Shown: in pieces, positions 1-8,418 of the stretch | Layout: each line of letters begins with the position of its first letter | Position numbering within the stretch: the stretch's first letter is position 1 | Origin: Thermoanaerobaculia bacterium | GTDB lineage: Bacteria; Acidobacteriota; Thermoanaerobaculia; Multivoradales; JBCCEF01 | Length of the DNA stretch: 64,000 nt | Assembly: GCA_036259255.1 (NCBI GenBank) | Contig: DATACC010000207.1 | Span: 2,644 to 66,643, forward strand | Reading direction: 5' to 3' | Made by a program: the position numbers and the translations under genes | The notes under the pieces: generated by a model | Told to the model about the DNA's origin: nothing | The model's database searches: none | What the model saw: the letters and a program-made list of their open reading frames with translations, nothing else

Positions 1-424
1 GCTGCTGCCGCCCGAGGCGGCCGGAGTCGTGCCGGGCCATCCGGCGCCGGTCGGCTTCGTCGCCGGCGCCATCGACCTCCTCTACCGCGATCCCGCCACC
101 GGCGAGCTGGTGGTGGCCGACTACAAGACGGACGCCGTGGACGAGGCGGCGCTCGCTGCCCGCGCCGAGATCTACCGCCCCCAGGGCACCCTCTACGCCC
201 GGGCCGTCCGCGACGCCCTCTCCTTGCCGCGAGCCCCCCGCGCCGAGCTGTGGTTCCTGCGTGCCGACCGGGTGGTGGTGCTCGGCGACGGTCCCGGCGT
301 GGCGCCAGCAGCGGCGGCGCTGGCGAAACCGTCTCCCGCCGCCGTCCCGGCCCCGGCAGCTCGGGTGCAGGGCAACGAGCCCTCCGCCGATCCCACGCCC
401 TCCCAGATGAACCTCTTCGAATGA
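1..424 (+). CDS. C-terminal end of a helicase-nuclease-type protein carrying a RecB-like PD-(D/E)XK nuclease domain (5' partial, enters from left edge)
   Basis: The frame is open from the window edge to TGA 422-424. The tail reads GAIDLLYRD..GELVVADYKTD...YRPQGTLYARAV. This fits the hD / DYK / QxxxY nuclease motifs at the C-terminus of AddB/UvrD-like enzymes. Confidence 0.6.
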   Translation, partial: LLPPEAAGVVPGHPAPVGFVAGAIDLLYRDPATGELVVADYKTDAVDEAALAARAEIYRPQGTLYARAVRDALSLPRAPRAELWFLRADRVVVLGDGPGVAPAAAALAKPSPAAVPAPAARVQGNEPSADPTPSQMNLFE

Positions 425-1800
425 CTCCGACCCCGCGCGCCGGCCTGATCGCCGCCGTCCTCCTGCTCGGCGCGCTGTTCCCTACCGGCCCCGCCGCGGC
501 CATCCCACAGCTCCCCGGCACCTCGCCGCCCGCCGCCCAGGAGCCGGCCTCCGCACCCACCGAGCAGGTCGAGGCGGAGACCTCGCCCGCGGAGGACGCC
601 GCCATCGAGCGCCGCCTGCAGCAGGTCTACTCGACCGTCGAGGGGTTGGAGGGGGTGGGGGTCGAGGTGCGCTCCGGGGTGGTGACGCTCGGCGGCGAGG
701 TGCTCTCGGAGGCGAAGCGCCAGCAAGCCATCCGCTTGGCGCGCACGGTGCGTGGCGTGGTCGAGGTCGAGGACGAGATCGCCGAGGTGCGGGACCTCGA
801 CCGCCGCCTCGCCTCGGCGCTCGACGGGTTGCGGGATACCGCGCTGGGCCTGCTCGCCTCGCTGCCGCTGGCCGGGGTGGCCCTGGTGCTGTTCCTGCTC
901 TTCGTGCTGCTCGCCCGGCTGATCGGCGGCTGGAGCACGCCCTTCCGGCGCCTGACGCCGAACCGCTTCCTCGCCGACCTGCTGCGCCACGCGGTGCAAG
1001 GACTGGTGGTGGTGCTCGGGGCGGTGGCGGCCCTCGAGGTGCTGGATGCGACCGCGGTGGTGGCGGCGGTGGCGGGCGCGGCGGGGTTGGCCGGCCTGGC
1101 GCTGGGGTTCGCCTTCCGCGACCTGGTCGAGAACTACATCGCCAGCGTGCTGCTCAGCCTGCGCCAGCCGTTCCTGCCCAACGACCACGTGGTGATCGAA
1201 GGGCACGAGGGCAAGGTGGTGCGGCTGACCTCCCGGGCGACGATCCTGATCACCCTCGACGGCAACCACGTGCGCATCCCGAACTCCAACGTGTTCAAGG
1301 GCGTGATCCTGAACTTCACGCGCAACCCGCGGCGGCGCTTCGACTTCGTGGTCGGCGTCGACACCTCCACCGACCTGGCGCGGGTCCAGGAGCTGGGGCT
1401 GGAGGCGCTGGCGGCGATGGACCCGGTGCTCGACGATCCGCCGCCCCAGTCCTGGATCGACGAGCTCGGCGAATCGAGCGTGGCGGTGCACTTCTTCGGC
1501 TGGATGGACCAGCGCGGCGCCGAGTGGGCGAAGGTGCGGGGTGAGGCCATCCGGCAGGTGAAGGAGGCGTTCGACGCGGCCCGGATCCGCATGCCGGAGC
1601 CAATCTTCAACCTGCGCATGGAGGAGGTCCACTCCCTCGAGGAGCCGGCCGCCGGAACATCCCCCCGCCCGGCTCCCGCCGACTCCCCCCCGCGCGACGT
1701 CTCCCGCGACACCCACATCGATCGCGAGGTAGCCCAGGACCGCGCCAGCCAGACCACCGAGGAGACGGACCTGCTGAGCCCGGAGGCGCCGGTGGAGTAG
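421..1800 (+). CDS. Mechanosensitive ion channel (MscS family) with an N-terminal BON-like domain
   Basis: ATG 421 overlaps the upstream stop (ATGA). The product has a signal-like N-terminus and a BON-like segment (VVTLGGEVLSEAKRQQAIRLARTVRGVVEVEDEI). TM helices are followed by the MscS beta-domain signature (NDHVVIEGHEGKVVRLTSRATILITLDGNHVRIPNSNV). Confidence 0.85.
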   Translation: MTPTPRAGLIAAVLLLGALFPTGPAAAIPQLPGTSPPAAQEPASAPTEQVEAETSPAEDAAIERRLQQVYSTVEGLEGVGVEVRSGVVTLGGEVLSEAKRQQAIRLARTVRGVVEVEDEIAEVRDLDRRLASALDGLRDTALGLLASLPLAGVALVLFLLFVLLARLIGGWSTPFRRLTPNRFLADLLRHAVQGLVVVLGAVAALEVLDATAVVAAVAGAAGLAGLALGFAFRDLVENYIASVLLSLRQPFLPNDHVVIEGHEGKVVRLTSRATILITLDGNHVRIPNSNVFKGVILNFTRNPRRRFDFVVGVDTSTDLARVQELGLEALAAMDPVLDDPPPQSWIDELGESSVAVHFFGWMDQRGAEWAKVRGEAIRQVKEAFDAARIRMPEPIFNLRMEEVHSLEEPAAGTSPRPAPADSPPRDVSRDTHIDREVAQDRASQTTEETDLLSPEAPVE

Positions 1801-1803
1801 GTC

Positions 1804-2319
1804 TCAATAGGTGATCAACGACGCCGCCGGCACCTCGCCCAGCCGCTTGCGGCCGTCGAGGAAGGTCAGCTCCACGATGAACCCGTAGCCGCTGACCTCC
1901 GCCCCCCGGGAGCGCACCAGCTCGCCGCAGGCCGCCGCCGTGCCGCCGGTGGCGATGAGGTCGTCGACGATCAGCACCCGCTCGCCCGCCGCGATGGCAT
2001 CGTCGTGCATCTCGATGGCGTCGGTGCCGTACTCCAGGTCGTAGCTCTGCGACACCGTCGAGCCCGGCAGCTTGCCCGGCTTGCGCACCGGCACGAAGCC
2101 GGCGTTCAAGTTGTAGGCGACGATCGGGGCGAACATGAAGCCGCGCGACTCGATGCCCACGACCTTGTCGACGTGGCGGTCGGCGAACATCCACACGAAA
2201 CGGTCGACGCACTGGCGCAGCGCCAGCGGGTGGGCCAACAGGGTGGTGATGTCGTAGAACAGGATCCCGGGCTTCGGGAAGTCCGGAATCTCGCGGATGT
2301 GGCGGCGCAGATCGTCCAT
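1804..2319 (-). CDS. apt: Adenine phosphoribosyltransferase
   Basis: 171 aa and full-length. It carries IPDFPKPGILFYDIT, GIESRGF and the PRPP-binding motif VLIVDDLIATGGT. Confidence 0.95.
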   Translation of the reverse strand: MDDLRRHIREIPDFPKPGILFYDITTLLAHPLALRQCVDRFVWMFADRHVDKVVGIESRGFMFAPIVAYNLNAGFVPVRKPGKLPGSTVSQSYDLEYGTDAIEMHDDAIAAGERVLIVDDLIATGGTAAACGELVRSRGAEVSGYGFIVELTFLDGRKRLGEVPAASLITY

Positions 2320-2353
2320 GGATCGGTCTCCGAGTGCGGCTCCTCGCGAGCCG

Positions 2354-2626
2354 TTACTTGTGGATGACGCGGAAATCGTCCCAGTCGCCGACCGGGATCT
2401 CGGTCCTCTCCACCGCCTCGACGCGCCCGAGCCGCGGCCCGGAGCGCATCCGGCGCTCGAGCTCGGCGAGTGCCTCCGGCGGCCCCGCCGCTTCGATCTC
2501 CACCCGGCCGTCCGCCAGGTTGGCGACGGTACCCCGCAACCCGAGCTCGCGGGCCTGCACCCGGGTGAAGTGGCGGAAGCCGACCCCCTGCACGCGGCCG
2601 CTCACCAGCAGGCGCAGCGCCTTCAC
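2354..2626 (-). CDS. acyP: Acylphosphatase
   Basis: 90 aa from GTG 2626, which overlaps the dedA stop (GTGA). The signature VSGRVQGVGFR.. is followed by G.V.N..DG.VE. Confidence 0.85.
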   Translation of the reverse strand: MKALRLLVSGRVQGVGFRHFTRVQARELGLRGTVANLADGRVEIEAAGPPEALAELERRMRSGPRLGRVEAVERTEIPVGDWDDFRVIHK

Positions 2627-3300
2627 TCGGCCACCCCAGGCTTGCCGGCGTCGGCTTCGGCCGCGCCCGCCTCGACGACCTCGTCGTCTCCCGCTCCGTC
2701 GCGGCCGGCCCGCCCCAATCCCTTGCTCGCCAACCAGAAGCCGAGCACCAGCAGCACCACGAAGGCGATGGACAGGACGTCCAGGTACTTCTCGATGAAG
2801 ATCTTGATCGGAGCGCCGTAGAAGTACAGCAGCGTCGCCACGGCGAAGAACCGCAGGCTGCGCGAGATCACGGAGGCGACGACGAACACCTTGAAGTTGA
2901 TGGCGCAGGCGCCGCCCGAGATGGTGAAGATCTTGTACGGCAGCGGCGTCAGCCCGGCGATGCCCGTGGCCCAGGCGTTGTAGCGGTCGTAGTAGCGCTC
3001 CACCGCCCGCACCTTGTCGGCGGAGAACAGCCGGTAGACCAGCGGCCGGCCGCCGTAGTAGCCGATGCCGTAGCCGGCGATGCCGCCGAGCACCGACCCC
3101 AACGAGCAGACCGCGGCGAACCAGAACGAGCGCGACGGGTCGCCCAGGCACAGCGGGATCAGCAGCACGTCGGGCGGGATCGGGAAGAAGCTCGACTCGG
3201 CGAACGAGATGCCGAACAGCGCCCAGGTGCCGTAGGGCGTCGCCGCCCAGCTCTCGACCCAGGCGAGCGACGCGTGCAGCCATTCGCGCAGACGGTCCAT
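2623..3300 (-). CDS. DedA/YqaA-type (VTT domain) inner-membrane protein
   Basis: 225 aa, multi-TM. Contains FAESSFFPIPPDVLLIPL and GRPLVYRLF..K, typical of the DedA family. The C-terminal tail is low-complexity. Confidence 0.85.
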   Translation of the reverse strand: MDRLREWLHASLAWVESWAATPYGTWALFGISFAESSFFPIPPDVLLIPLCLGDPSRSFWFAAVCSLGSVLGGIAGYGIGYYGGRPLVYRLFSADKVRAVERYYDRYNAWATGIAGLTPLPYKIFTISGGACAINFKVFVVASVISRSLRFFAVATLLYFYGAPIKIFIEKYLDVLSIAFVVLLVLGFWLASKGLGRAGRDGAGDDEVVEAGAAEADAGKPGVAE

Positions 3301-3951
3301 CTACTCCTCCTCCCAGCCGTGGCGGCCGACCAGCGGCACGAACACCACCGCCTCGCCCTCGTGGCGGTGGACCTGACCGGCGGCGTCCTTGTCGCAGACC
3401 ACCAGGTGCTGCGCGGTGCGGGTGCCCTCGGGGATCACCAGCCGGCCGGGGGCGGCGAGCTGGTCGAGCAGCGGCTGCGGAACCTGCGGCGAGCCGGCGG
3501 TGACCAGGATGCGGTCGTAGGGCGCGAACTCGCTCCACCCCACGGTGCCGTCGAAGGTCTGGATCTTCACGTTGTCGAGCCCCAGCTCGCGCACCCGGGC
3601 GATGGCCTGGCGCACCAGGGCGTCCTTGCGTTCCAGGCTGTACACGCGCCGCGCCAGCTTGCCGAGGATCGCCGTCTGGTAGCCCGAGCCGGTGCCGATC
3701 TCGAGCACCGAATGTTGCGGCTCGACCGCCAGCAGCTCGCTCATGCGGGCCACCACGTAGGGCTGGGAGATCGTCTGCGCCTCGCCAATGGGCAGGGCGT
3801 GGTCGCCGTAGGCCTGGCTCTGCAGGTGCTGCTTGACGAACAGGTGGCGCGGGATCTCCCGCATCGCCGAGAGCACCCGCGGGTCGGAGACACCGCGGCT
3901 GGCGATCTGGTCGCGCACCATTGCTTCGCGGCGGAAGCCGTAGTCGCGCAT
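3301..3951 (-). CDS. pcm: Protein-L-isoaspartate O-methyltransferase
   Basis: 216 aa from ATG 3951 (ATGA overlap with the surE stop). Contains QTISQPYVVA and the SAM motif VLEIGTGSGYQTA. The longer 532-aa ORF in the track is an upstream shadow. Confidence 0.93.
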   Translation of the reverse strand: MRDYGFRREAMVRDQIASRGVSDPRVLSAMREIPRHLFVKQHLQSQAYGDHALPIGEAQTISQPYVVARMSELLAVEPQHSVLEIGTGSGYQTAILGKLARRVYSLERKDALVRQAIARVRELGLDNVKIQTFDGTVGWSEFAPYDRILVTAGSPQVPQPLLDQLAAPGRLVIPEGTRTAQHLVVCDKDAAGQVHRHEGEAVVFVPLVGRHGWEEE

Positions 3952-4817
3952 CAGGAGCCGCCCTCGCGGCGGGCCTGCTCGGCCGCCTCCTGGGCGGTGA
4001 CGCTCACCTCGCCGGCCGTCTCCTCGGCGGCGGCCTCGCCGGCGCTCTCGAGCAGCCGCAGCATGCTCTCCTGGACCGGCCCCAGCGTTTCGAGGCCCCG
4101 GTAGTCGGTGAGGTCGAGGTGCAGCGGCGTGATCGACACCTTGCCGCTCTCGATGGCGGCGAAATCGGTGCCTTCCTCCTCGCGCCACTCCGGCTCGCCG
4201 TGGATCCAGTAGTACTTGCGGCCCCGCGGATCGAGCTTCTCGACCACCGTCTGCTGGTAGCGCCGGCGCCCAAGGCGGGTGAAGGCGACGCCCCGCAGCT
4301 CCCCCTCGGGGAAGTTGACGTTGAGCAGCAGGTCGCCGGGCAGCTCGCCGGTGACCAGCTCCTCCACCATGCGGCGGGCGAAGCGGGCCCCCCGCTCGAA
4401 GGAGAAGTGCTCGCCGACGCGCTGGCTGAAGGCGATCGAGGGGATGTCGAGCAGGCTCGCCTCGAAGGTGGCCGACACGGTGCCCGAGTAGGTGACGTCG
4501 TCGCCCAGGTTGGAGCCGAAGTTGATGCCGGAGGCCACCAGGTCCGGCGGCCGGTCCTTGAGCAGGTGGAGCACCGCCATGTTGACGCAGTCGGTGGGCG
4601 TGCCGTCGATGGCGTACTGGTTCTCCTCGAGCTTGCGGATGCGCAGCGGGCGGTGGAGGGTCAGCGAGTGGCTGGTGGCGCTCTGCTCCCGGTCGGGGGC
4701 GACCACCACCACCTCGGCGATCTTGGCCAGCTCCTCGGCCAGGCGCTTGATGCCCTCGGAGTAGATGCCGTCGTCGTTGGTGACGAGGATGCGCTTCCTG
4801 CGGCGGGCTTCGGTCAC
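3951..4817 (-). CDS. surE: 5'/3'-nucleotidase SurE
   Basis: 288 aa from GTG 4817 (GTGA overlap with the mtnP stop). Contains [31 protein letters not shown] and VTYSGTV. The C-terminal tail is acidic. Confidence 0.93.
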   Translation of the reverse strand: MTEARRRKRILVTNDDGIYSEGIKRLAEELAKIAEVVVVAPDREQSATSHSLTLHRPLRIRKLEENQYAIDGTPTDCVNMAVLHLLKDRPPDLVASGINFGSNLGDDVTYSGTVSATFEASLLDIPSIAFSQRVGEHFSFERGARFARRMVEELVTGELPGDLLLNVNFPEGELRGVAFTRLGRRRYQQTVVEKLDPRGRKYYWIHGEPEWREEEGTDFAAIESGKVSITPLHLDLTDYRGLETLGPVQESMLRLLESAGEAAAEETAGEVSVTAQEAAEQARREGGS

Positions 4818-5698
4818 GGCGAGAAGTATCTCCCGACGAGCGGCCGCAGCCGCTCGATGGTTGCGGCCGGCACGGCGGCGCGGTCGGTGATGAGGGCAAA
4901 CCCGAGGGCCTCGCCGCAGGCGCACCCGGCGGCCGCGCCGGGCGCCGGGGGCGTGGCGAGGTCCGCCACGGCGCGCCCGACGATGCGTTGGCCGAGCTCG
5001 ACGTTGGCCCGCAGCACGGCGAGCACGGCCTCCACGCTCACCGCCTCCTCCGTGTCGTGCCAGCAGTCGTAGTCGGTGACCATGGCGAGGGTGGCGTAGC
5101 AGATCTCGGCCTCGCGGGCGAGCTTCGCCTCCGGCAGGTTGGTCATGCCGATGACGTCCATGCCCCACGAGCGGTAGACGTTGGACTCGGCGCGGGTGGA
5201 GAACTGGGGCCCCTCCATGCACAGGTAGGTGCCGCCGCGGTGCACCGTGGCGCCGGCCGCCGCCGCGGCCTCGGAGAGCACCGCCGCCAGGTGCGGGCAG
5301 ACCGGGTCGGCGAGCGACACGTGGGCCACCAGCCCGTCGCCGAAGAAGGTGTCGGCGCGATGGCGGGTGCGGTCGAAGAACTGGTCCGGCACCACCACGT
5401 GGCCCGGCGCGTACTCGGCCTGGAGCGACCCGACGGCGGAGACCGAGATCAGCCGCTCGACGCCCAACTGCTTGAAGCCGAAGACGTTGGCCCGGTACGG
5501 CACCTCCGAGGGCAGCAGCCGGTGCCCGCGGCCGTGGCGCGGCAGGAAGGCCACCCGCTGCCCCGCCAGCTCGCCCAGGACGTAGGCATCCGACGGAGCG
5601 CCGAAGGGCGTCTCCAGGCGCCGTTCCTCGTCGGCGGTGAACCCCTCCATCTGGTAGAGGCCGCTGCCGCCCAGGATCCCGATCTGGATGTCACTCAA
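4814..5698 (-). CDS. mtnP: S-methyl-5'-thioadenosine phosphorylase
   Basis: 294 aa. Contains [55 protein letters not shown] and TDYDCWH. Confidence 0.9.
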   Translation of the reverse strand: MSDIQIGILGGSGLYQMEGFTADEERRLETPFGAPSDAYVLGELAGQRVAFLPRHGRGHRLLPSEVPYRANVFGFKQLGVERLISVSAVGSLQAEYAPGHVVVPDQFFDRTRHRADTFFGDGLVAHVSLADPVCPHLAAVLSEAAAAAGATVHRGGTYLCMEGPQFSTRAESNVYRSWGMDVIGMTNLPEAKLAREAEICYATLAMVTDYDCWHDTEEAVSVEAVLAVLRANVELGQRIVGRAVADLATPPAPGAAAGCACGEALGFALITDRAAVPAATIERLRPLVGRYFSP

Positions 5699-5814
5699 AA
5701 CCCGTTCTCCCGGTCTGCGGTTGTCGGAGCGGCGAGTCTAGCCGACCCGTTCCCTGGCCGCTTCGCGGCGTGGGTTCGTGCCTCGGCGGCCTCTGCAACG
5801 GCCTCGCCCGAGGC

Positions 5815-6786
5815 TCAGCGGCCGATCTTGGCGGCGATGGCCAGGGCGGTGGCCAGCGCTCGCCGTCCGGACGCGCCGTCGGCGAAGGGAACCTGCTCGC
5901 CGCGGCAGCGGGCCAGGAAGGCTTGGAGCTCGCGCCTGAGCGGCTCGGCCGCGGTGACCGGCAGGTCGTCGGCCACGATGCGCCGCTCGCCACCGCTCTC
6001 CTCCGCCGCCTCCAGCCGAAAGCCCTTGATCTCCTGCGCCTGGTAGTCGAGGGAGTGGTAGCGGTGCTCGCGGAAGATGCGCAGCTTGCGCACCCGCTCG
6101 GCGGAGACCCGGGAGGCGGTGACGCTGGCGACGCAGCCCGAGGCGAGCTCGATGCGGGCGTTGGCGATGTCGACCCGCGGGCTCAGCACGTCGATGCCGG
6201 TGGCGCGGATCTCGCCCAGCGGGGAGTCGTCGAGGGCGTGGAGGATCTGCAGGTCGTGGATCATCAGGTCGAGCACCACGTCGACGTCGAGGCTGCGCGG
6301 CGTGAAGCGGGCGAGGCGCTCGATCTCGACGAAGCGCGGCGTGCCGCCGGCCGCCAACAGCGCCTGCACCGCGGGGTTGTAGAACTCCACGTGGCCGACG
6401 CCGAGCACCGCCCCGGAGCGTTCCGCCGCCGCGATCAGGCGGTCCGCCTCGGCGAGCGACGAGGCCATCGGCTTTTCCACCAGCACGTGGATGCCGCGCT
6501 CGAGCAGCGGCCCCGCCACCTCGGCGTGGAACACCGTGGGCACCGCCACCACCGCGGCGTCCACCGCGCCGGCGAGATCCTCCAGCCGTTCGAAGACGCG
6601 GGCGCCGTGGTCCTCGCGCACCCGTTCGGCGGCGGCCGGCGAGGCGTCGAAGACGCCCACCAGCTCGGCCTCCGGCAGCGCCGCGAGCAGGCGCACGTGG
6701 TGGTAGCCGAGGGCGCCGGTGCCGAGGACCCCCACGCGCAGGGGTGCCGGACCGGCCGCACCGGCCTCGGTGGTGACGCCGGTCAC
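5815..6786 (-). CDS. Gfo/Idh/MocA family NAD(P)-dependent oxidoreductase
   Basis: 323 aa. The N-terminal Rossmann motif is RVGVLGTGALGYHH, followed by LLERGIHVLVEKPMA. Confidence 0.85.
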   Translation of the reverse strand: MTGVTTEAGAAGPAPLRVGVLGTGALGYHHVRLLAALPEAELVGVFDASPAAAERVREDHGARVFERLEDLAGAVDAAVVAVPTVFHAEVAGPLLERGIHVLVEKPMASSLAEADRLIAAAERSGAVLGVGHVEFYNPAVQALLAAGGTPRFVEIERLARFTPRSLDVDVVLDLMIHDLQILHALDDSPLGEIRATGIDVLSPRVDIANARIELASGCVASVTASRVSAERVRKLRIFREHRYHSLDYQAQEIKGFRLEAAEESGGERRIVADDLPVTAAEPLRRELQAFLARCRGEQVPFADGASGRRALATALAIAAKIGR

Positions 6787-6900
6787 GACGGTTCCTCCTC
6801 CGGGTGAGGAACGCCGCCGCCGACACTGCCCCTGTGGATGTCGCTGCTGGTCATTGCTGATCGCCGCCGCCGTGCAGGTTCGCCGCGCGAAGCCGCGAGT

Positions 6901-8340
6901 CTACCGGACGCCTCGGCGAGAAGGTAGAGCCAGCAACCCGGAGCCGGCCCGTTCGGCCGCGCTCGAGACGAGGGACCAGCTCCCGAGCTCGACCAGCATC
7001 GCCAGGAGGCTCAACAAGCTTCCGAAGAAGAGGGACCAGCCGACCACCTGCCACCGCCTTCGCGGCGCCGTCCGCCGCCAGGAGGCAGCGATCAGCAGGG
7101 CAAGGGGAATCAGCGCCAGCCAGAGGAGTGGGACCGGCGGCAGCTCGCGCACCCGGTAGGACAGCCCGACGACGATGCAAGCCAGCGCTGCCGCCGACGG
7201 TGCGACCGCCGGCCAGATCCGATCGCTGCCCGACGACGGCGGATCGAGCACCACCGGCAGGGACTCGACGGGACGGCTGTAGAGCACGGGCGTCATCCAT
7301 TCGTCGCCCCAGGCAGAGCGCAGGAGCGACGTGCGTCCCTCGGCCACGGCCGCTTCCACCGGCCGTGAAGCCGCCAGGGCCTCGTAGAACGCCTTGGAGA
7401 AGGCGACCGCCCCCGGGTCGGAGATGGCCCACTGCATCGCGACCACGGCGGGAACACCACGGCTCACCAGCTCGGCGGCGAGGCTCGCCATTGGATCCGG
7501 TGCACCGGTGCCGAAGGTCCCCGAGTCGCAGGCGTTGAGAACGACCAGGGGCGGCGAGGTCTTGCCGCCGAACACCCGGGCCAGCGCGTCGCCCCGGAGC
7601 GGTGCTCCGGCCAGGTGCAGGACACCGCTCCCCCGCTCGTCCAGACCACCGTGCCCCAGGAAGTGGAAGACGTCGAACCGCCGGCTCAAGGCCGACCAGA
7701 GAAGGGGCGGAGACGGATCGGTGAGCAGTTCCAGGGAGAGCCGCCCCCGCTGGCGGAGCTTCTCCAGGCACCGCAGCTCGGCCGCGAGGTCCAGCTGCGG
7801 TCCGTGGCTGCTGGCCACGGCCAGCAGCCGCAAGGGCGGGCGAAGCGACAGGACCCGGCCCGGCTGGCCCACGGCGAGATGACGCACCAGCGTGATGCCG
7901 GGCTCGAGGAGCAGGAACTGCCGGCGGCAGTCATCGAAGAGGCATTCCCAGGGCAGACCACACAGCCGCGCGATGGCTGGATCCCACGAGTCGAAGATCA
8001 ACCGCAGACGCAGCCCTTCCCCCCTCGCCCGCAGGCCTTCGTAGAGGGCGCGGACGCGGCGCCCGAACAAGGCGGCAAACAGCTCGGTGCCGAGCTCCCT
8101 GGCCCGCTCCTGGGCCCCCTCCCGCCCCCTCGCCGGCTCGGAACCGGCGGTGAAGTCGCGCCGGGAGGAACCGAGCGCCCGCACCAACGCCTCACGCTGG
8201 CGCTGCATCGCCGCGGGCTCCGGGAGGCGGGTGGTGTCTGACGCTTCCCCCGTCCCGGGCGTGCCGGCCGAGACCAGCAGGCCGTCCGAATGGCTCCGCA
8301 GGCGCAGGTCGAGTTGGGGGATCGGGGATCGCCGCGTCAT
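6901..8340 (-). CDS. CHAT-domain (caspase-like, clan CD) protease with three C-terminal transmembrane helices and no signal peptide
   Basis: 479 aa from ATG 8340, preceded by AGGAGA. The catalytic dyad context is FHFLGHGG (His codon 7651-7653) and VVLNACDSG (Cys codon 7528-7530). Hydrophobic segments lie at about aa 376-396, 404-421 and 431-455, with an Arg-rich loop between the last two. The rest of the 1233-aa track ORF is antisense to the next gene. Confidence 0.8.
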   Translation of the reverse strand: MTRRSPIPQLDLRLRSHSDGLLVSAGTPGTGEASDTTRLPEPAAMQRQREALVRALGSSRRDFTAGSEPARGREGAQERARELGTELFAALFGRRVRALYEGLRARGEGLRLRLIFDSWDPAIARLCGLPWECLFDDCRRQFLLLEPGITLVRHLAVGQPGRVLSLRPPLRLLAVASSHGPQLDLAAELRCLEKLRQRGRLSLELLTDPSPPLLWSALSRRFDVFHFLGHGGLDERGSGVLHLAGAPLRGDALARVFGGKTSPPLVVLNACDSGTFGTGAPDPMASLAAELVSRGVPAVVAMQWAISDPGAVAFSKAFYEALAASRPVEAAVAEGRTSLLRSAWGDEWMTPVLYSRPVESLPVVLDPPSSGSDRIWPAVAPSAAALACIVVGLSYRVRELPPVPLLWLALIPLALLIAASWRRTAPRRRWQVVGWSLFFGSLLSLLAMLVELGSWSLVSSAAERAGSGLLALPSRRGVR

Positions 8341-8358
8341 CGCTGGTCTGTCTCCTGG

Positions 8359-8395
8359 TCCTCTGGACCCGGCAGCCGTCGCGGTGTCCAGAGGA
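8359..8395. promoter_or_regulatory. Perfect 10-bp inverted repeat TCCTCTGGAC-N17-GTCCAGAGGA in the 78-bp divergent CHAT/CHAT intergenic region (candidate operator or leader hairpin)
   Basis: Read directly: the arms are 8359-8368 and 8386-8395. It sits between the two start codons (8340 and 8419). Confidence 0.3.
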
Positions 8396-8418
8396 GGAGA
8401 GACGAAAGGACGGTGCCG

